Below are positions 1 through 9,152 of a stretch of DNA of 64,000 nucleotides, piece after piece. The translations under genes and the position numbers were made by a program. The stretch is taken from the NCBI GenBank assembly GCA_965203175.1, contig OZ241867.1, forward strand, positions 608,001 to 672,000. Reading direction: 5' to 3'. Every line of letters begins with the position of its first letter. Position 1 is the first letter of the stretch. The notes beneath the pieces are model-generated. The model was not told the origin of the DNA, did not search any database, and saw only the letters and a list, made by a program, of their open reading frames with translations. This DNA comes from Candidatus Latescibacterota bacterium. Lineage in GTDB: Bacteria > Latescibacterota > UBA2968 > UBA8231.

Positions 1-2
1 TC

Positions 3-677
3 ATCTACTTCTGGGGCAAAGGAGCGTACTGCGGCTGGATCTGCTCGTGCGGTGCTTTGGCCGAAACCATGGGCGACAATCACCGGCACAAAATGCCGCA
101 CGGCATGGTGTGGAACAAGGTGAACATAGTGGGGCAAGTCGCGCTGCTGCTGGCCAGCGTGCTGCTTATCTTGCGCCTAGTGGGCTGGGCTTTGCCGCAC
201 GATCACTGGATCAACGGAGCCTACATGGGGCTATTTATGGGCAAGGGTACAAACTGGGGCAACTTGCCCTTCCCGCTGACTTTTCTCAACTACGTGTGGT
301 CGGTTGATTTGCTGCTGGCCGGCATCTTAGGCGTCGGGCTGTACTGGCATTTCAGCGGCCGGATGTGGTGCCGCTTCGCCTGTCCGCTGGCGGCCCTGAT
401 GCACGTGTACGCGCGCTTCAGCCGCTTCCGCATCCTCGCCGACAAGAAAAAGTGCATCTCCTGCAATGTCTGCACCTCAGTGTGCCACCAAGGCATCGAC
501 ATTATGAACTTCGCCAACAAGGGGCTGCCTATGGCTGACCCGCAGTGCGTGCGCTGTAGCGCGTGCGTGCAGTCTTGCCCCACGGGTGTGCTAGAATTTG
601 GTCAGGTTGATAAAAACGACAAGGTGATAAAGACCGACGGGCTAGCGGCTTCGCCGGTGCGGATGCAGGAGAAATAG
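3..677 (+). CDS. 4Fe-4S polyferredoxin membrane protein (NapH/MauN-like), 5' truncated by the window edge
   Basis: Frame open from base 3 (IYFWGKGAYCGWICSCGALAET...); CxxxCP motif (WCRFACP) and two ferredoxin motifs (CISCNVCTSVC, CVRCSACVQSCP); hydrophobic segments. Confidence 0.85.
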   Translation: MYFWGKGAYCGWICSCGALAETMGDNHRHKMPHGMVWNKVNIVGQVALLLASVLLILRLVGWALPHDHWINGAYMGLFMGKGTNWGNLPFPLTFLNYVWSVDLLLAGILGVGLYWHFSGRMWCRFACPLAALMHVYARFSRFRILADKKKCISCNVCTSVCHQGIDIMNFANKGLPMADPQCVRCSACVQSCPTGVLEFGQVDKNDKVIKTDGLAASPVRMQEK

Positions 678-696
678 GGCGACTTTTGTGGATGCC

Positions 697-2025
697 CTAG
701 TCAACATCGTCTAAACCTAGTTCTTCAACTGAAGGAGGCGCAACTCTTGGCCGCTTTTGAATAATTGCTGCAAATTTTGGTTCAAACCTAGTGCGGATAA
801 AGCTGCGACGGGCATGGGCCTTAGCGGGTTTGTTCGTCTCCTTGTACATGCTGCGCAGCCACTTCGGATTCACGGTCTCTCCAACTACCGCCGCGATTTG
901 TTCAACCTCGTTTTCCGTGAGCATGTACTCGCTGGCCAGCAACTGTACCTCATCTTCCATTGCTGCAATCAGATCCTTTGCGTCGTCGTCAACCAAGCGA
1001 TCGGCAACAGCCTTGGCCGCAAACTGCGCCCCGGTGCCACCAGCCAACCCACCTACGACGCCACCGATAAAACTGCCTATAGTCGTGCTGATAAAAGACA
1101 CTGCACCGCCAACGGCGTCGCCTGCGATCATGCCGCCCATCCAGCCGCCAACCCCCCCTGCAACCGCGGCCGCATTCACCGTGGTGTTCTTGGCAAACTG
1201 CCGCCAAGAAATGGAACCGACGAAAGCGGCTCGGTAGAAGTCTGGAGCACTTGTCACTACGGTTGTTATGACCGCGGTTATAGCATTGGAACGGAGGAGT
1301 CTGGATACGTTACTGAATGCGCCAGCCCCAGAGACCGCTCTCCCAAGGGACCCAGCGGCGATGCGCTGGACCGCCTCGCGCCCACTGTCAGCGGCCAAGC
1401 GGGCGGTGCTGCTCACCTTGAGTAAGACGGGAACGCGCTGGATAATCTCGCGGCCGCCCTCCGTATTTAAGGTGCGCCATAAGGCCCTTACCCCATTACG
1501 CACTGCTGCCACTCCGATGGCAGCATTCTTAGAACGCAACAACTGGATGCTAGCGAAAGGAAGAAACCACTGGGCGTTAACAATGCTTTTTATGAGCGCA
1601 TTGCTGCCATTATTTCGAGGATCGAGTGCGGATCGGAACGCCGCTCTGACCGCTGCTGGGCTACTCGTGCCGCCGTGGAGGTCTTGGGCATAGGTAATAA
1701 TAGACGAGACCGACGACGCACCCGTAGCGGTCACGCGTTGCGTTTTTGCATCAAAGACCAAGCAATCGACATTCCCCGCACGAGCTATGTTCCGCGCCTG
1801 CGTATAGGTCACCGTGCCCTGCTTAACCAGCGCGGCCGCGGGATTCGCAACCCCCGGAACCTTGCCCTGTGCGATGCGGTCGCGCATCTGCTGCACGCAG
1901 GCTTCGTACTGATCCTTGGGAACTTCGAGGACCTGCCCTAGATAGCGGTAATTCCCCGATCTTGAATCGAACGCTGCATGAACCGTTGCGGATGCGCTCT
2001 GGCAATAGTTCGATTGAACGCGCAA
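697..2025 (-). CDS. YeeR-like hypothetical membrane-associated protein with glycine zipper, probably N-terminally eroded
   Basis: 442-aa ORF; YLGQVLEVPKDQY and TVTYTQARNIARAGN motifs recalled from the YeeR-like family; GxxxG zipper near the C-terminus; TTG start with an in-frame TGA six codons upstream. Confidence 0.55.
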   Translation of the reverse strand: MRVQSNYCQSASATVHAAFDSRSGNYRYLGQVLEVPKDQYEACVQQMRDRIAQGKVPGVANPAAALVKQGTVTYTQARNIARAGNVDCLVFDAKTQRVTATGASSVSSIITYAQDLHGGTSSPAAVRAAFRSALDPRNNGSNALIKSIVNAQWFLPFASIQLLRSKNAAIGVAAVRNGVRALWRTLNTEGGREIIQRVPVLLKVSSTARLAADSGREAVQRIAAGSLGRAVSGAGAFSNVSRLLRSNAITAVITTVVTSAPDFYRAAFVGSISWRQFAKNTTVNAAAVAGGVGGWMGGMIAGDAVGGAVSFISTTIGSFIGGVVGGLAGGTGAQFAAKAVADRLVDDDAKDLIAAMEDEVQLLASEYMLTENEVEQIAAVVGETVNPKWLRSMYKETNKPAKAHARRSFIRTRFEPKFAAIIQKRPRVAPPSVEELGLDDVD

Positions 2026-2099
2026 GTCTTCAACTCTCGCTCACCGGGCCGGAAATGCGTTTGTTGCGCTGACCTTCCGGCAATCCACGGCCAAACCCA

Positions 2100-3566
2100 C
2101 TAACCACTAGCCAGTGCCTGCTCTAGCTGCTGGCAAAACGTCTCGATGACCTTGAGGCGGGCGAAGCGTTTGTCGTTGCCCTCTACCAAGGTCCAAGGAG
2201 CAGCGGTCGTGTGGGTCCGAGCTACCATGTCGTCAACCGCGGCCTCGTACTCGTCCCATTTCTCTCGGTTGCGCCAGTCTTCGTCGGTGATCTTCCAGCG
2301 CTTGTGCGGAGTCACCTGCCGCGCCTTGAAGCGCCGCAGTTGCTCGTCCTTGTCTATGTGAATCCAGTACTTGGCCACCACCGCGCCGTGGTCTGTTAGC
2401 TGCGCCTCAAAATCGTTGATTTCGCCGTACGCCCGCTGCCAAGCCGCTTCGTCGGCAAAGCCCTCGACGCGCTCGACTAGCACCCGGCCATACCAACTGC
2501 GGTCGAAAATCACCATCCGACCTGCGCGCGGCAGGTGGCACCAAAAGCGCCAGAGGTAGTGTTGGGCGTGTTCCTCTTCCGTGGGAGCGGCGATTTGGAT
2601 GATCTGATAGATACTGGCGTCGAGAGGGTCCGTCAGGCGCTGGATGACCCCGCCCTTGCCCGCTGCATCGGCTCCCTCGAAAACCAAGACGGTCGAAAGG
2701 CCTTTGCGGCGCGCCTGCTGCGTCAAGCGATAGAGCCAGCCTTGGTATCGCTCGAGCAGGGCTTGGTACTCCTTCTTGGGCACCCGCTGTTCCATGTCCA
2801 ATGGAGTCAACACGTTGGGCGCGGACGGCCAGTCTGACTCGACGAGTTTGGGACGGCTCTTCTTTTTATCTAGACGCTGGCGGATGGCGTCGCGCACGGC
2901 ATGGCCCACCGCCAATGCGTAGTGAGGATCGCTGCCGTCGACAACCTGCCAACGAGCATCGCGGATGTCGGTCTTTTGCAGTAAGCGGTCACCGGCTCGT
3001 TTGAACTCGTCGTAGTACTTCAAGCCCTCTCTCGCATCCGCGTTCACCCGCCAACGGGTCAGCGGGTTCTGCTCTAAGTCCGCAATGCGTTGCTGCCGCG
3101 CCTCTTGGTCCAAGTGAATCCACAACTTGATCAGCAGCGCACCATCGACTACGAGCTCATTCTCAAAGGCCGTGATGCGGCCAACGTCGCGCTTAAACAC
3201 TGCCTCATCGCTGCGCCCATGAGCCAAGTCGCGCAGCGGGCGATCGTACCAGCCGTTCAAGTATATGCCGATGGTTCCCTTTGGCGGCAGGGAGAGCCAG
3301 TAGCGCCAGTACTCTGGACGCTCGCGCTCTTCTGTGGACGGCGACTCAAAGGCGCAGACCGCAATGCCGTGCGAGTCCATCCACTGCCTGAGCATGTTGC
3401 TCGCCTCGCCCGCACCTGCGCCGGCACAACCACCCAAGACGATGATGGTTGGAAATCGAGCTTGCTGTAGCCGTTCTTGAGCCGCGATCAGTTCCGTGCG
3501 CAGCTCGGATTCGAGCTTCTTGTATCGGCCATTCGGAACGCCGCGCTCCTTCTCGTTGGTTGCCAT
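2100..3566 (-). CDS. pap: Two-domain polyphosphate kinase 2 (polyphosphate:AMP phosphotransferase)
   Basis: Tandem PPK2 domains; C-domain has FEGADAAGKGG and IFDRSWYGRVLVERVEG. ATG at 3566 follows GAGAGG; alternative ATG at 3593. Confidence 0.9.
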   Translation of the reverse strand: MATNEKERGVPNGRYKKLESELRTELIAAQERLQQARFPTIIVLGGCAGAGAGEASNMLRQWMDSHGIAVCAFESPSTEERERPEYWRYWLSLPPKGTIGIYLNGWYDRPLRDLAHGRSDEAVFKRDVGRITAFENELVVDGALLIKLWIHLDQEARQQRIADLEQNPLTRWRVNADAREGLKYYDEFKRAGDRLLQKTDIRDARWQVVDGSDPHYALAVGHAVRDAIRQRLDKKKSRPKLVESDWPSAPNVLTPLDMEQRVPKKEYQALLERYQGWLYRLTQQARRKGLSTVLVFEGADAAGKGGVIQRLTDPLDASIYQIIQIAAPTEEEHAQHYLWRFWCHLPRAGRMVIFDRSWYGRVLVERVEGFADEAAWQRAYGEINDFEAQLTDHGAVVAKYWIHIDKDEQLRRFKARQVTPHKRWKITDEDWRNREKWDEYEAAVDDMVARTHTTAAPWTLVEGNDKRFARLKVIETFCQQLEQALASG

Positions 3567-3701
3567 TGATCGCCTCTCTACCTTACTAAACATAGTAAAA
3601 AATTTGCCGCAGATGTCCAGTCGGCAATCCGCAACGCGCCGATTGCCGACCACAGGGTAAAACCGTAGATTTTTGCATCCCTTGGCAAAGGAGCCTTTGG
3701 C

Positions 3702-4952
3702 ATGGAAGTACTCGGCGGACCGCTTTTTGGCGTTGCCGGAGCAGGCGAATCGCACGGGCCGGCAATTGTCACTACGGTCTTCGGCTGTCCCCCCGGCTTA
3801 TGGGTGGAGCGTGCCCAAATCCAGCACTATCTCGACCGCCGCCGCCCCGGCAGCAATAAGCTAGGCACCCCCCGGCGGGAAGACGACCAAATCGCCCTGC
3901 TGTCTGGCCTCTACTCAGAGGATCACGACCAGCTCCTATCCGGTCCGGCGCTGCACTTGCACCTAGACGAAGACGCGACGCCGGTGCATACCTATGAAGC
4001 GGGCTTCACTACGGGCGAGCCAATTGCTGCAGCCGTGCTCTCAGCCGCCAAGCGTTCGGGCGATTACAAGCAATTCGCCGGGCCGCAGGGCCACGTCCGG
4101 CCCGGGCATACCGACTTAGTCAAGTACTACAAGTCGCGGGGCTTTGTCGATGTGCGCGGCGGTGGACGCTCCAGCTATCGCTCGACCATCTCCGACGTCA
4201 TCGGCGGCACCATTGCCCGCCTCTATCTAGCCGAACACTTCGGCACGGCCATTTTCTCTTCGATCTGCCAAGTCGGACCGCTGGAGACGGGCATTTATCT
4301 AGCGGCACGAGTCGCCGAACTAGTCGCCGAAGCCGACGGGCAGCACTTGTCTCCCGCAACGCGTGCCGCCCTCGAAAGCGATCTAGAGCGCGGACCGCTC
4401 CGCGCGGTGGATGCGGATTTCGCTCATCAAGCGGCCGAACTGATTGCCAAAACCCGCAAGGAGCAGGACTCGATCGGCGCTGCGCTCGAAGTAGTGGCCG
4501 TCAACGTGCCTCCTCTCGTCGGCGAACCGCTGTACCAAAGCCTGAAGTTGCGCCTGATGGGCAGCCTCGGCGGCTTGCATGCCGTGCAAGCTTGCGAAAT
4601 AGGCACGGGCCGCGCTTCGTCTGCGCGCCATGGCAGCGAGCACAACGATCCCATCCGCACCAGTGGCTACCAGAGCAACAGCCACGGCGGCCTGCTCGGC
4701 GGCGTGACCACGGGTATGCCGCTAGTATGCCGCTTGAGTTTCAAGCCCACGGCCACCATTGCCCGGCCCCAAGATTCCGTGCGCAAGGACCTCGGAGAAA
4801 TCGAATTCCAACTCGCCAAGGGCCGCCACGATCCCTGCGTGGGCGTGCGCGCTGGCGCAACCTTAGAGTCGCGGCTGGCCATCGAGTTGATGAACGCCGT
4901 GCTCATGCACCAAGCGCACTGCATGGATGTGGAAAATTTCAAACTTTTCTAA
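3702..4952 (+). CDS. aroC: Chorismate synthase (divergent)
   Basis: GESHG, RRRPG, RPGHTD, GGGRSS, GGLLGG, FKPTATI and GRHDPCV motifs. Confidence 0.92.
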   Translation: MEVLGGPLFGVAGAGESHGPAIVTTVFGCPPGLWVERAQIQHYLDRRRPGSNKLGTPRREDDQIALLSGLYSEDHDQLLSGPALHLHLDEDATPVHTYEAGFTTGEPIAAAVLSAAKRSGDYKQFAGPQGHVRPGHTDLVKYYKSRGFVDVRGGGRSSYRSTISDVIGGTIARLYLAEHFGTAIFSSICQVGPLETGIYLAARVAELVAEADGQHLSPATRAALESDLERGPLRAVDADFAHQAAELIAKTRKEQDSIGAALEVVAVNVPPLVGEPLYQSLKLRLMGSLGGLHAVQACEIGTGRASSARHGSEHNDPIRTSGYQSNSHGGLLGGVTTGMPLVCRLSFKPTATIARPQDSVRKDLGEIEFQLAKGRHDPCVGVRAGATLESRLAIELMNAVLMHQAHCMDVENFKLF

Positions 4953-4968
4953 TCTCAACTTCTAAAGC

Positions 4969-6015
4969 TCACAGCGCGGGCATCTCCACGCCCAGTTCCG
5001 CCGCCACTTTGCCGATTTCATCCCAAGTGGGTTGGGGCAAATCGATGCCTTCGACCAACAACCGCGCCCGAGTCTTCTGTTCGAGATCGCCGGGCGCATA
5101 GACTTGCTCAAACCCAGGCAAGGGGCGAGCCGAGCACACCCATTTGGCTAGCTCTTCGACCTCGCGCTCGTACGAGTCCAAGTCGATAAAGTCCTCAATA
5201 TTAATCGCCAGGACCATGATCCCATTGCCGCCGTTGCCGCCTTCTTTGGTACAGCCAGCATGCGAGAGCGGTCCCACCAACATTTCCACCATCATTGCCA
5301 AGCCAGAGCCCTTGTGGCCAAACTGCAGGCCGCCCAATGGCAAGACACCGGTGCCCTCAGCGTCGTCCAAATAGCGCTGGGCGTCGGTGACGGGCTGGCC
5401 CTCCTGATCTATAACCCAACCCTCGGGCATCGGCTCCTGGCGAATGTTCTTCTGCACGATTTTGCCGCCAGCCACGACGGTCATGGTCATATCGAGCATG
5501 AAAGGCGAACCATTTTGGCGCGGGGCGGAAAAGGCAATAGGCTCGGGACGCAGGCGGCGGTCGGCCGAGCCAAAGGGTGCGAGGAAGAGACCACCACCAT
5601 TGAGCCAAACCATGCCGATCATGCCCCTTTCGGCGATCCGCGGAGGATAGTCGCCGAGGCGGCAGATATGGGTGATGTGGTTGAGACCAACAAAACCAAA
5701 GGTGGAGTTTTGTGCTTTTTCAACGGCAATGTCGAGGGCGCGATTGACGGCGACAATGCCGTTGGCCCCCTTGCCGTTGATGACCCTGAGCACGGGAGTG
5801 TCGCGCACGACTTCGGTCTCTTCCCAGCGGACGTAATTGTTTTGCATACCGCGGGCATAGCCGGAGACTAGCCAAGTGCCGTGCGAGTCGTGACCGTGCA
5901 GGTGGCTTTCGACGACGTGGTCGGCGACGATAAGGGCGTCGTCTGCGGGAATGCCAGTAGCGGCAAAAATGCGATAGCAGAGGTCTTTGAGGACGTCGTG
6001 TTGGACTACGGGCAT
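4969..6015 (-). CDS. Ldh_2 family (malate/L-lactate/sulfolactate-type) dehydrogenase
   Basis: GHDSHG, H-I-C-R-L-G, LDMTMT, LPLGG..GHKGSGL and APG motifs. Confidence 0.88.
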   Translation of the reverse strand: MPVVQHDVLKDLCYRIFAATGIPADDALIVADHVVESHLHGHDSHGTWLVSGYARGMQNNYVRWEETEVVRDTPVLRVINGKGANGIVAVNRALDIAVEKAQNSTFGFVGLNHITHICRLGDYPPRIAERGMIGMVWLNGGGLFLAPFGSADRRLRPEPIAFSAPRQNGSPFMLDMTMTVVAGGKIVQKNIRQEPMPEGWVIDQEGQPVTDAQRYLDDAEGTGVLPLGGLQFGHKGSGLAMMVEMLVGPLSHAGCTKEGGNGGNGIMVLAINIEDFIDLDSYEREVEELAKWVCSARPLPGFEQVYAPGDLEQKTRARLLVEGIDLPQPTWDEIGKVAAELGVEMPAL

Positions 6016-6041
6016 GAGGAGTCCTTTAGATGGGTGCTTTC

Positions 6042-7124
6042 CTAAGAGGCGTGCGCTTCCATCAACTCGGCGAAGTAGCTAAACAGATGGAAGCTGTCGT
6101 GTGGACCTGGCGAGGCCTCCGGGTGGCACTGGATGGAAAAAATGGGCAGTTCGCGGTGATGCAGGCCCTCAACGCAATTGTCGTTGAGGTTGAGGCGAGT
6201 GATTTCGAGGCAGTCGGGCAACGAGTCAGCTGCAATGCCCCAACCGTGGTTTTCAGAGGTGATCAGGATCCGTTCGCTAGCGCGTTCCTTGATCGGCTGG
6301 TTGGCCCCACGATGCCCGAACTTGAGGCGGTAAATTTCTGCACCAAAGGCCAAGCCGAGAATCTCGTGGCCCAAGCAGATGCCGAAGATCGGCTTTTTGC
6401 CTATGAGGCCCTTGCAAGTCTCGATCGCATAGTCGAGCGGCCGAGGATCGCCTGGACCGTTGGAAAGAAAAACGCCGTCCGGTTCCAAGGCCAAGACCTC
6501 GTCGGCCGAGGTTTTGGCCGGCACAACCGTTACCTTACATCCTGCAGCGACCAAGCAGCGGACAATATTGCGCTTGATTCCGTAGTCTAGCGCGACGACG
6601 TGGAAGCGCGGGGCTTCGGGGCTTTCGACATAGGACGCAGAGCAGCTAACAGCGGCAACCATGTCCACACCGACAAGTCCGGGCCAAGCGCGCGCCTTTT
6701 CGACTAAACTGTCCGGGTCGAGGTCGGTGGTGGAAATGGCAGCGTCCATCACGCCCTCAATGCGCACTCTGCGAGTCAACTCGCGGGTATCGATGCCTTC
6801 GATGCCGAGCACGCCGTGCTCTTCGAGATACTCGGGCAGACTCTGGCGCGCACGCCAGCTACTCGGCAAGCGCGAGCACTCTTTCATTAGGAAGCCGCGG
6901 ACTTGAGGCCGCGCCGATTCGTCGTCTTCGGGTGCGACCCCGTAGTTGCCTATGAGTGGATACGTCATGGTGACGATCTGGCCGGCATAGGAAGGGTCTG
7001 TGAGAATTTCCTGATAGCCGGTCATGCTGGTATTGAAGACCATTTCGCCGAGGCACTCACCCCCGCGGCCAAGAGCACGGCCCTCAAAGACGGTGCCGTC
7101 CGCGAGCGCAACGAGCGCTTTCAT
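6042..7124 (-). CDS. carA: Carbamoyl-phosphate synthase small subunit
   Basis: GEMVFNTSMTGYQEILTDPSY, LSNGPGDP, GICLGH, HPEASPGPHD. Confidence 0.97.
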   Translation of the reverse strand: MKALVALADGTVFEGRALGRGGECLGEMVFNTSMTGYQEILTDPSYAGQIVTMTYPLIGNYGVAPEDDESARPQVRGFLMKECSRLPSSWRARQSLPEYLEEHGVLGIEGIDTRELTRRVRIEGVMDAAISTTDLDPDSLVEKARAWPGLVGVDMVAAVSCSASYVESPEAPRFHVVALDYGIKRNIVRCLVAAGCKVTVVPAKTSADEVLALEPDGVFLSNGPGDPRPLDYAIETCKGLIGKKPIFGICLGHEILGLAFGAEIYRLKFGHRGANQPIKERASERILITSENHGWGIAADSLPDCLEITRLNLNDNCVEGLHHRELPIFSIQCHPEASPGPHDSFHLFSYFAELMEAHAS

Positions 7125-7203
7125 CTTCTGTAGATACTCCTTTTGAGAGGGTTTAACAGCGAGTAAAAACTTAGGGAAAAAAAGACGAACTGAACAGGCG
7201 ATC

Positions 7204-8253
7204 TCATTCCGGCGCGGAGTCGGTCAGGTCTTGGCGCTCCTGCCGCGCGCGTTCCTGCATATCGACGGCCGGATCGAATTCGCCGACGATTTCCTGGCCG
7301 ACGATTTCTTCAATCACGTCCTCCAAGGTAACAATGCCGGCGAAGCCACCGTATTCATCGACGACGGCAAAAAGGTGCTCGCGCCGCTGGATGAATTCTT
7401 CGAGCAGGCGGCTAGCCCGCGCCGACTCGGGTACCGAGTGAATGGAGCGACCCACCTCAAAGAGCTTGGCTTGGTCGCGACCATCGGCCAAAGCACTGAA
7501 TGCATCGCGTCGCAGCACTAAGCCAACGATGTTTTCTCGCTCTCCCTGATAGAGGGGCACCCGGCTGTGGTCCCAGCTACCGGACTGTTGGCGGGCCTCG
7601 GCCAAGGTCAAGTCGCGGTCGAGGCAGTGGACTACCGTGCGTGGAGTCATAATATCGCGCGCCCGCAACTCGTCGAGCTTGAGAATGTTTTGGATGACGC
7701 GCTCTTGGTCGTGAGAAATGGCACCGGACCGGCGGCTCATCCGTGCGATAATCTCAATCTCTTCCGGTACTACCTCCGGCACGTCGGGTGCCCCAGCGGT
7801 GATGAGCCGAACGATGAATTTGTTAAGCCAGATAAAGGGCGCAAACAGCCATACCAGCCATTGGATCGGGCGAGCTATAAATCGAGCGAGAACGCGGGCA
7901 TGCACCACCCCCACCGTCTTGGGAAGAATCTCTGTAAAAATGAGTACCGCCAGCGAGAAGGCGATGATAAAGTACGTCTCCCAAGTCCGCGGAAATACTC
8001 CGACAAAGGCGGCACCGGCGATGGCAGCACCGCCAGTATGGGCCAAGGTATTCAGCGTGAGGATGGCTGAGATGGGGCGCTGGATATCCGCGTGCAAGCT
8101 CTTGAGGATCTTACCCGAAGTGCGCCCTTGGTCGGCCAGCATTTCGATCTGACTGGCAGGCAGCGAGTAGAGCGCAGCTTCCAAGAGCGAACAAACACAG
8201 GATACAACGAGGACGACGCTGACGGATAGGATTAGCTCGAATTCAGGAGTCAT
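7204..8253 (-). CDS. CNNM/DUF21-CBS domain membrane protein (CorB/hemolysin family)
   Basis: SLLEAALYS, TEILPKT, DIMTPR, HSRVPLY, VVDEYGG..GIVTLEDVIEEIVG. Confidence 0.92.
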   Translation of the reverse strand: MTPEFELILSVSVVLVVSCVCSLLEAALYSLPASQIEMLADQGRTSGKILKSLHADIQRPISAILTLNTLAHTGGAAIAGAAFVGVFPRTWETYFIIAFSLAVLIFTEILPKTVGVVHARVLARFIARPIQWLVWLFAPFIWLNKFIVRLITAGAPDVPEVVPEEIEIIARMSRRSGAISHDQERVIQNILKLDELRARDIMTPRTVVHCLDRDLTLAEARQQSGSWDHSRVPLYQGERENIVGLVLRRDAFSALADGRDQAKLFEVGRSIHSVPESARASRLLEEFIQRREHLFAVVDEYGGFAGIVTLEDVIEEIVGQEIVGEFDPAVDMQERARQERQDLTDSAPE

Positions 8254-8270
8254 AGACGCGAGGGTGGTTT

Positions 8271-8306
8271 AAAAAAGAGAGGGACTCCCCACCGGGAATC
8301 CCTCTC
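8271..8306 (-). terminator. Rho-independent terminator after the H1-like/SWIB gene
   Basis: Minus strand GAGAGGGATTCCCGGTGGGGAGTCCCTCTC followed by TTTTTT, 35 nt after the stop codon. Confidence 0.85.
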
Positions 8307-8341
8307 CAATGTACTGGACTATAACGTCTTGCTAGGAGTAG

Positions 8342-8860
8342 TTATTCTACGTGCTTATTAACCTGTTGGGTCATCTTAAACATATCTATTTTCTTCGCGC
8401 CTAAGACGGCCCGCAGCTTGTCGTCGGCATTGATCATGCGCTTGTTTTTCTTGTCTTGCAGGCCATTCTTCTTGATATACGCCCAGATTTTCTTGGTGAT
8501 CTGAGTACGCGGCAATGGCTTGTTACCGACTATAGCCCCCAAGGCGGCGTCGGGCTGCAAGGGCCTCATAAAGGCCGGATTAGGCTTGCGTTTCGCCTTC
8601 TTTTTAGTGGCGGGCTTCTTCTTAGCAGCCTTCTTAGCGGCGGCTTTCTTCTTAGGAGCAGCCTTCTTAGCGGCGGCTTTCTTCTTAGGAGCAGCCTTCT
8701 TAGCGGCGGCTTTCTTCTTAGGAGCAGCCTTCTTAGCGGCGGCTTTCTTCTTAGGAGCAGCCTTCTTAGCGGCGGCTTTCTTCTTAGGAGCAGCCTTCTT
8801 AGCAGCGGCTTTCTTCTTAGGAGCAGCCTTTTTCTTGGCAGCAGCCTTCTTCTTAGCCAT
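8342..8860 (-). CDS. Histone-H1-like K/A/P repeat protein fused to a SWIB/MDM2 domain
   Basis: N-terminal KKAAPKKKAAA repeats; C-terminal RKPNPAFM...PRTQITKKIWAYIKKNGLQD..NKRMINADDKL SWIB signature; GGAGG RBS. Confidence 0.93.
   Translation of the reverse strand: MAKKKAAAKKKAAPKKKAAAKKAAPKKKAAAKKAAPKKKAAAKKAAPKKKAAAKKAAPKKKAAAKKAAPKKKAAAKKAAKKKPATKKKAKRKPNPAFMRPLQPDAALGAIVGNKPLPRTQITKKIWAYIKKNGLQDKKNKRMINADDKLRAVLGAKKIDMFKMTQQVNKHVE
8636..8833 (-). repeat. Six near-identical 33-bp in-frame tandem repeats
   Basis: Unit AAGAAGGCTGCTCCTAAGAAGAAAGCCGCCGCT (minus strand), encoding KKAAPKKKAAA x6. Confidence 0.95.
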
Positions 8861-9004
8861 GCGAAATCCTCCCTTGGTTAAGTAGGAGATAAAACCCGCG
8901 AAAGGGGTCTGAGAATTTGAGAATTCGGTTTCTCGGCCTCTCCCGCCTCGTGAAATTTAAGGCCGATTCTACCCGTTTTGTGAAGCTTTAATACTATCAG
9001 TACC

Positions 9005-9032
9005 AATATAGTACGAGGGCAGCATAAGTCAA
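9005..9032 (-). promoter_or_regulatory. Putative sigma70 promoter of the H1-like/SWIB gene
   Basis: TTGACT (9032-9027), 16-nt spacer, TATATT (9010-9005) in an AT-rich divergent intergenic region. Confidence 0.55.
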
Positions 9033-9152
9033 GCAAAAATGTAGCTTTTTCATAGTAGAAAACGCTCTCACTATGGGCGTTTGACATAATTTATTAAAAC
9101 GGCCATTTTAATTTTGCGTTTGAGATTTGTCGTATTTTCGCGAGTCTAAAAA

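Noticed and set aside
3594-3755. N-terminal extension of the PPK2 ORF to 3755
   Set aside because: It overlaps aroC head-to-head; PPK2 similarity and the RBS point to 3566 or 3593.
6042-7124. carA without adjacent carB
   Set aside because: Split carA and carB loci are common; not unusual.
8636-8833. 33-bp direct repeats as a CRISPR array
   Set aside because: No spacers; the units are contiguous, in frame and coding; no cas genes in the window.
8456-8885. Plus-strand ORFs with hydrophobic FLAAAFFLGAA or LLSGGFLLRSS repeats
   Set aside because: They are antisense shadows of the K/A/P repeat gene, which has the RBS, SWIB domain and terminator.
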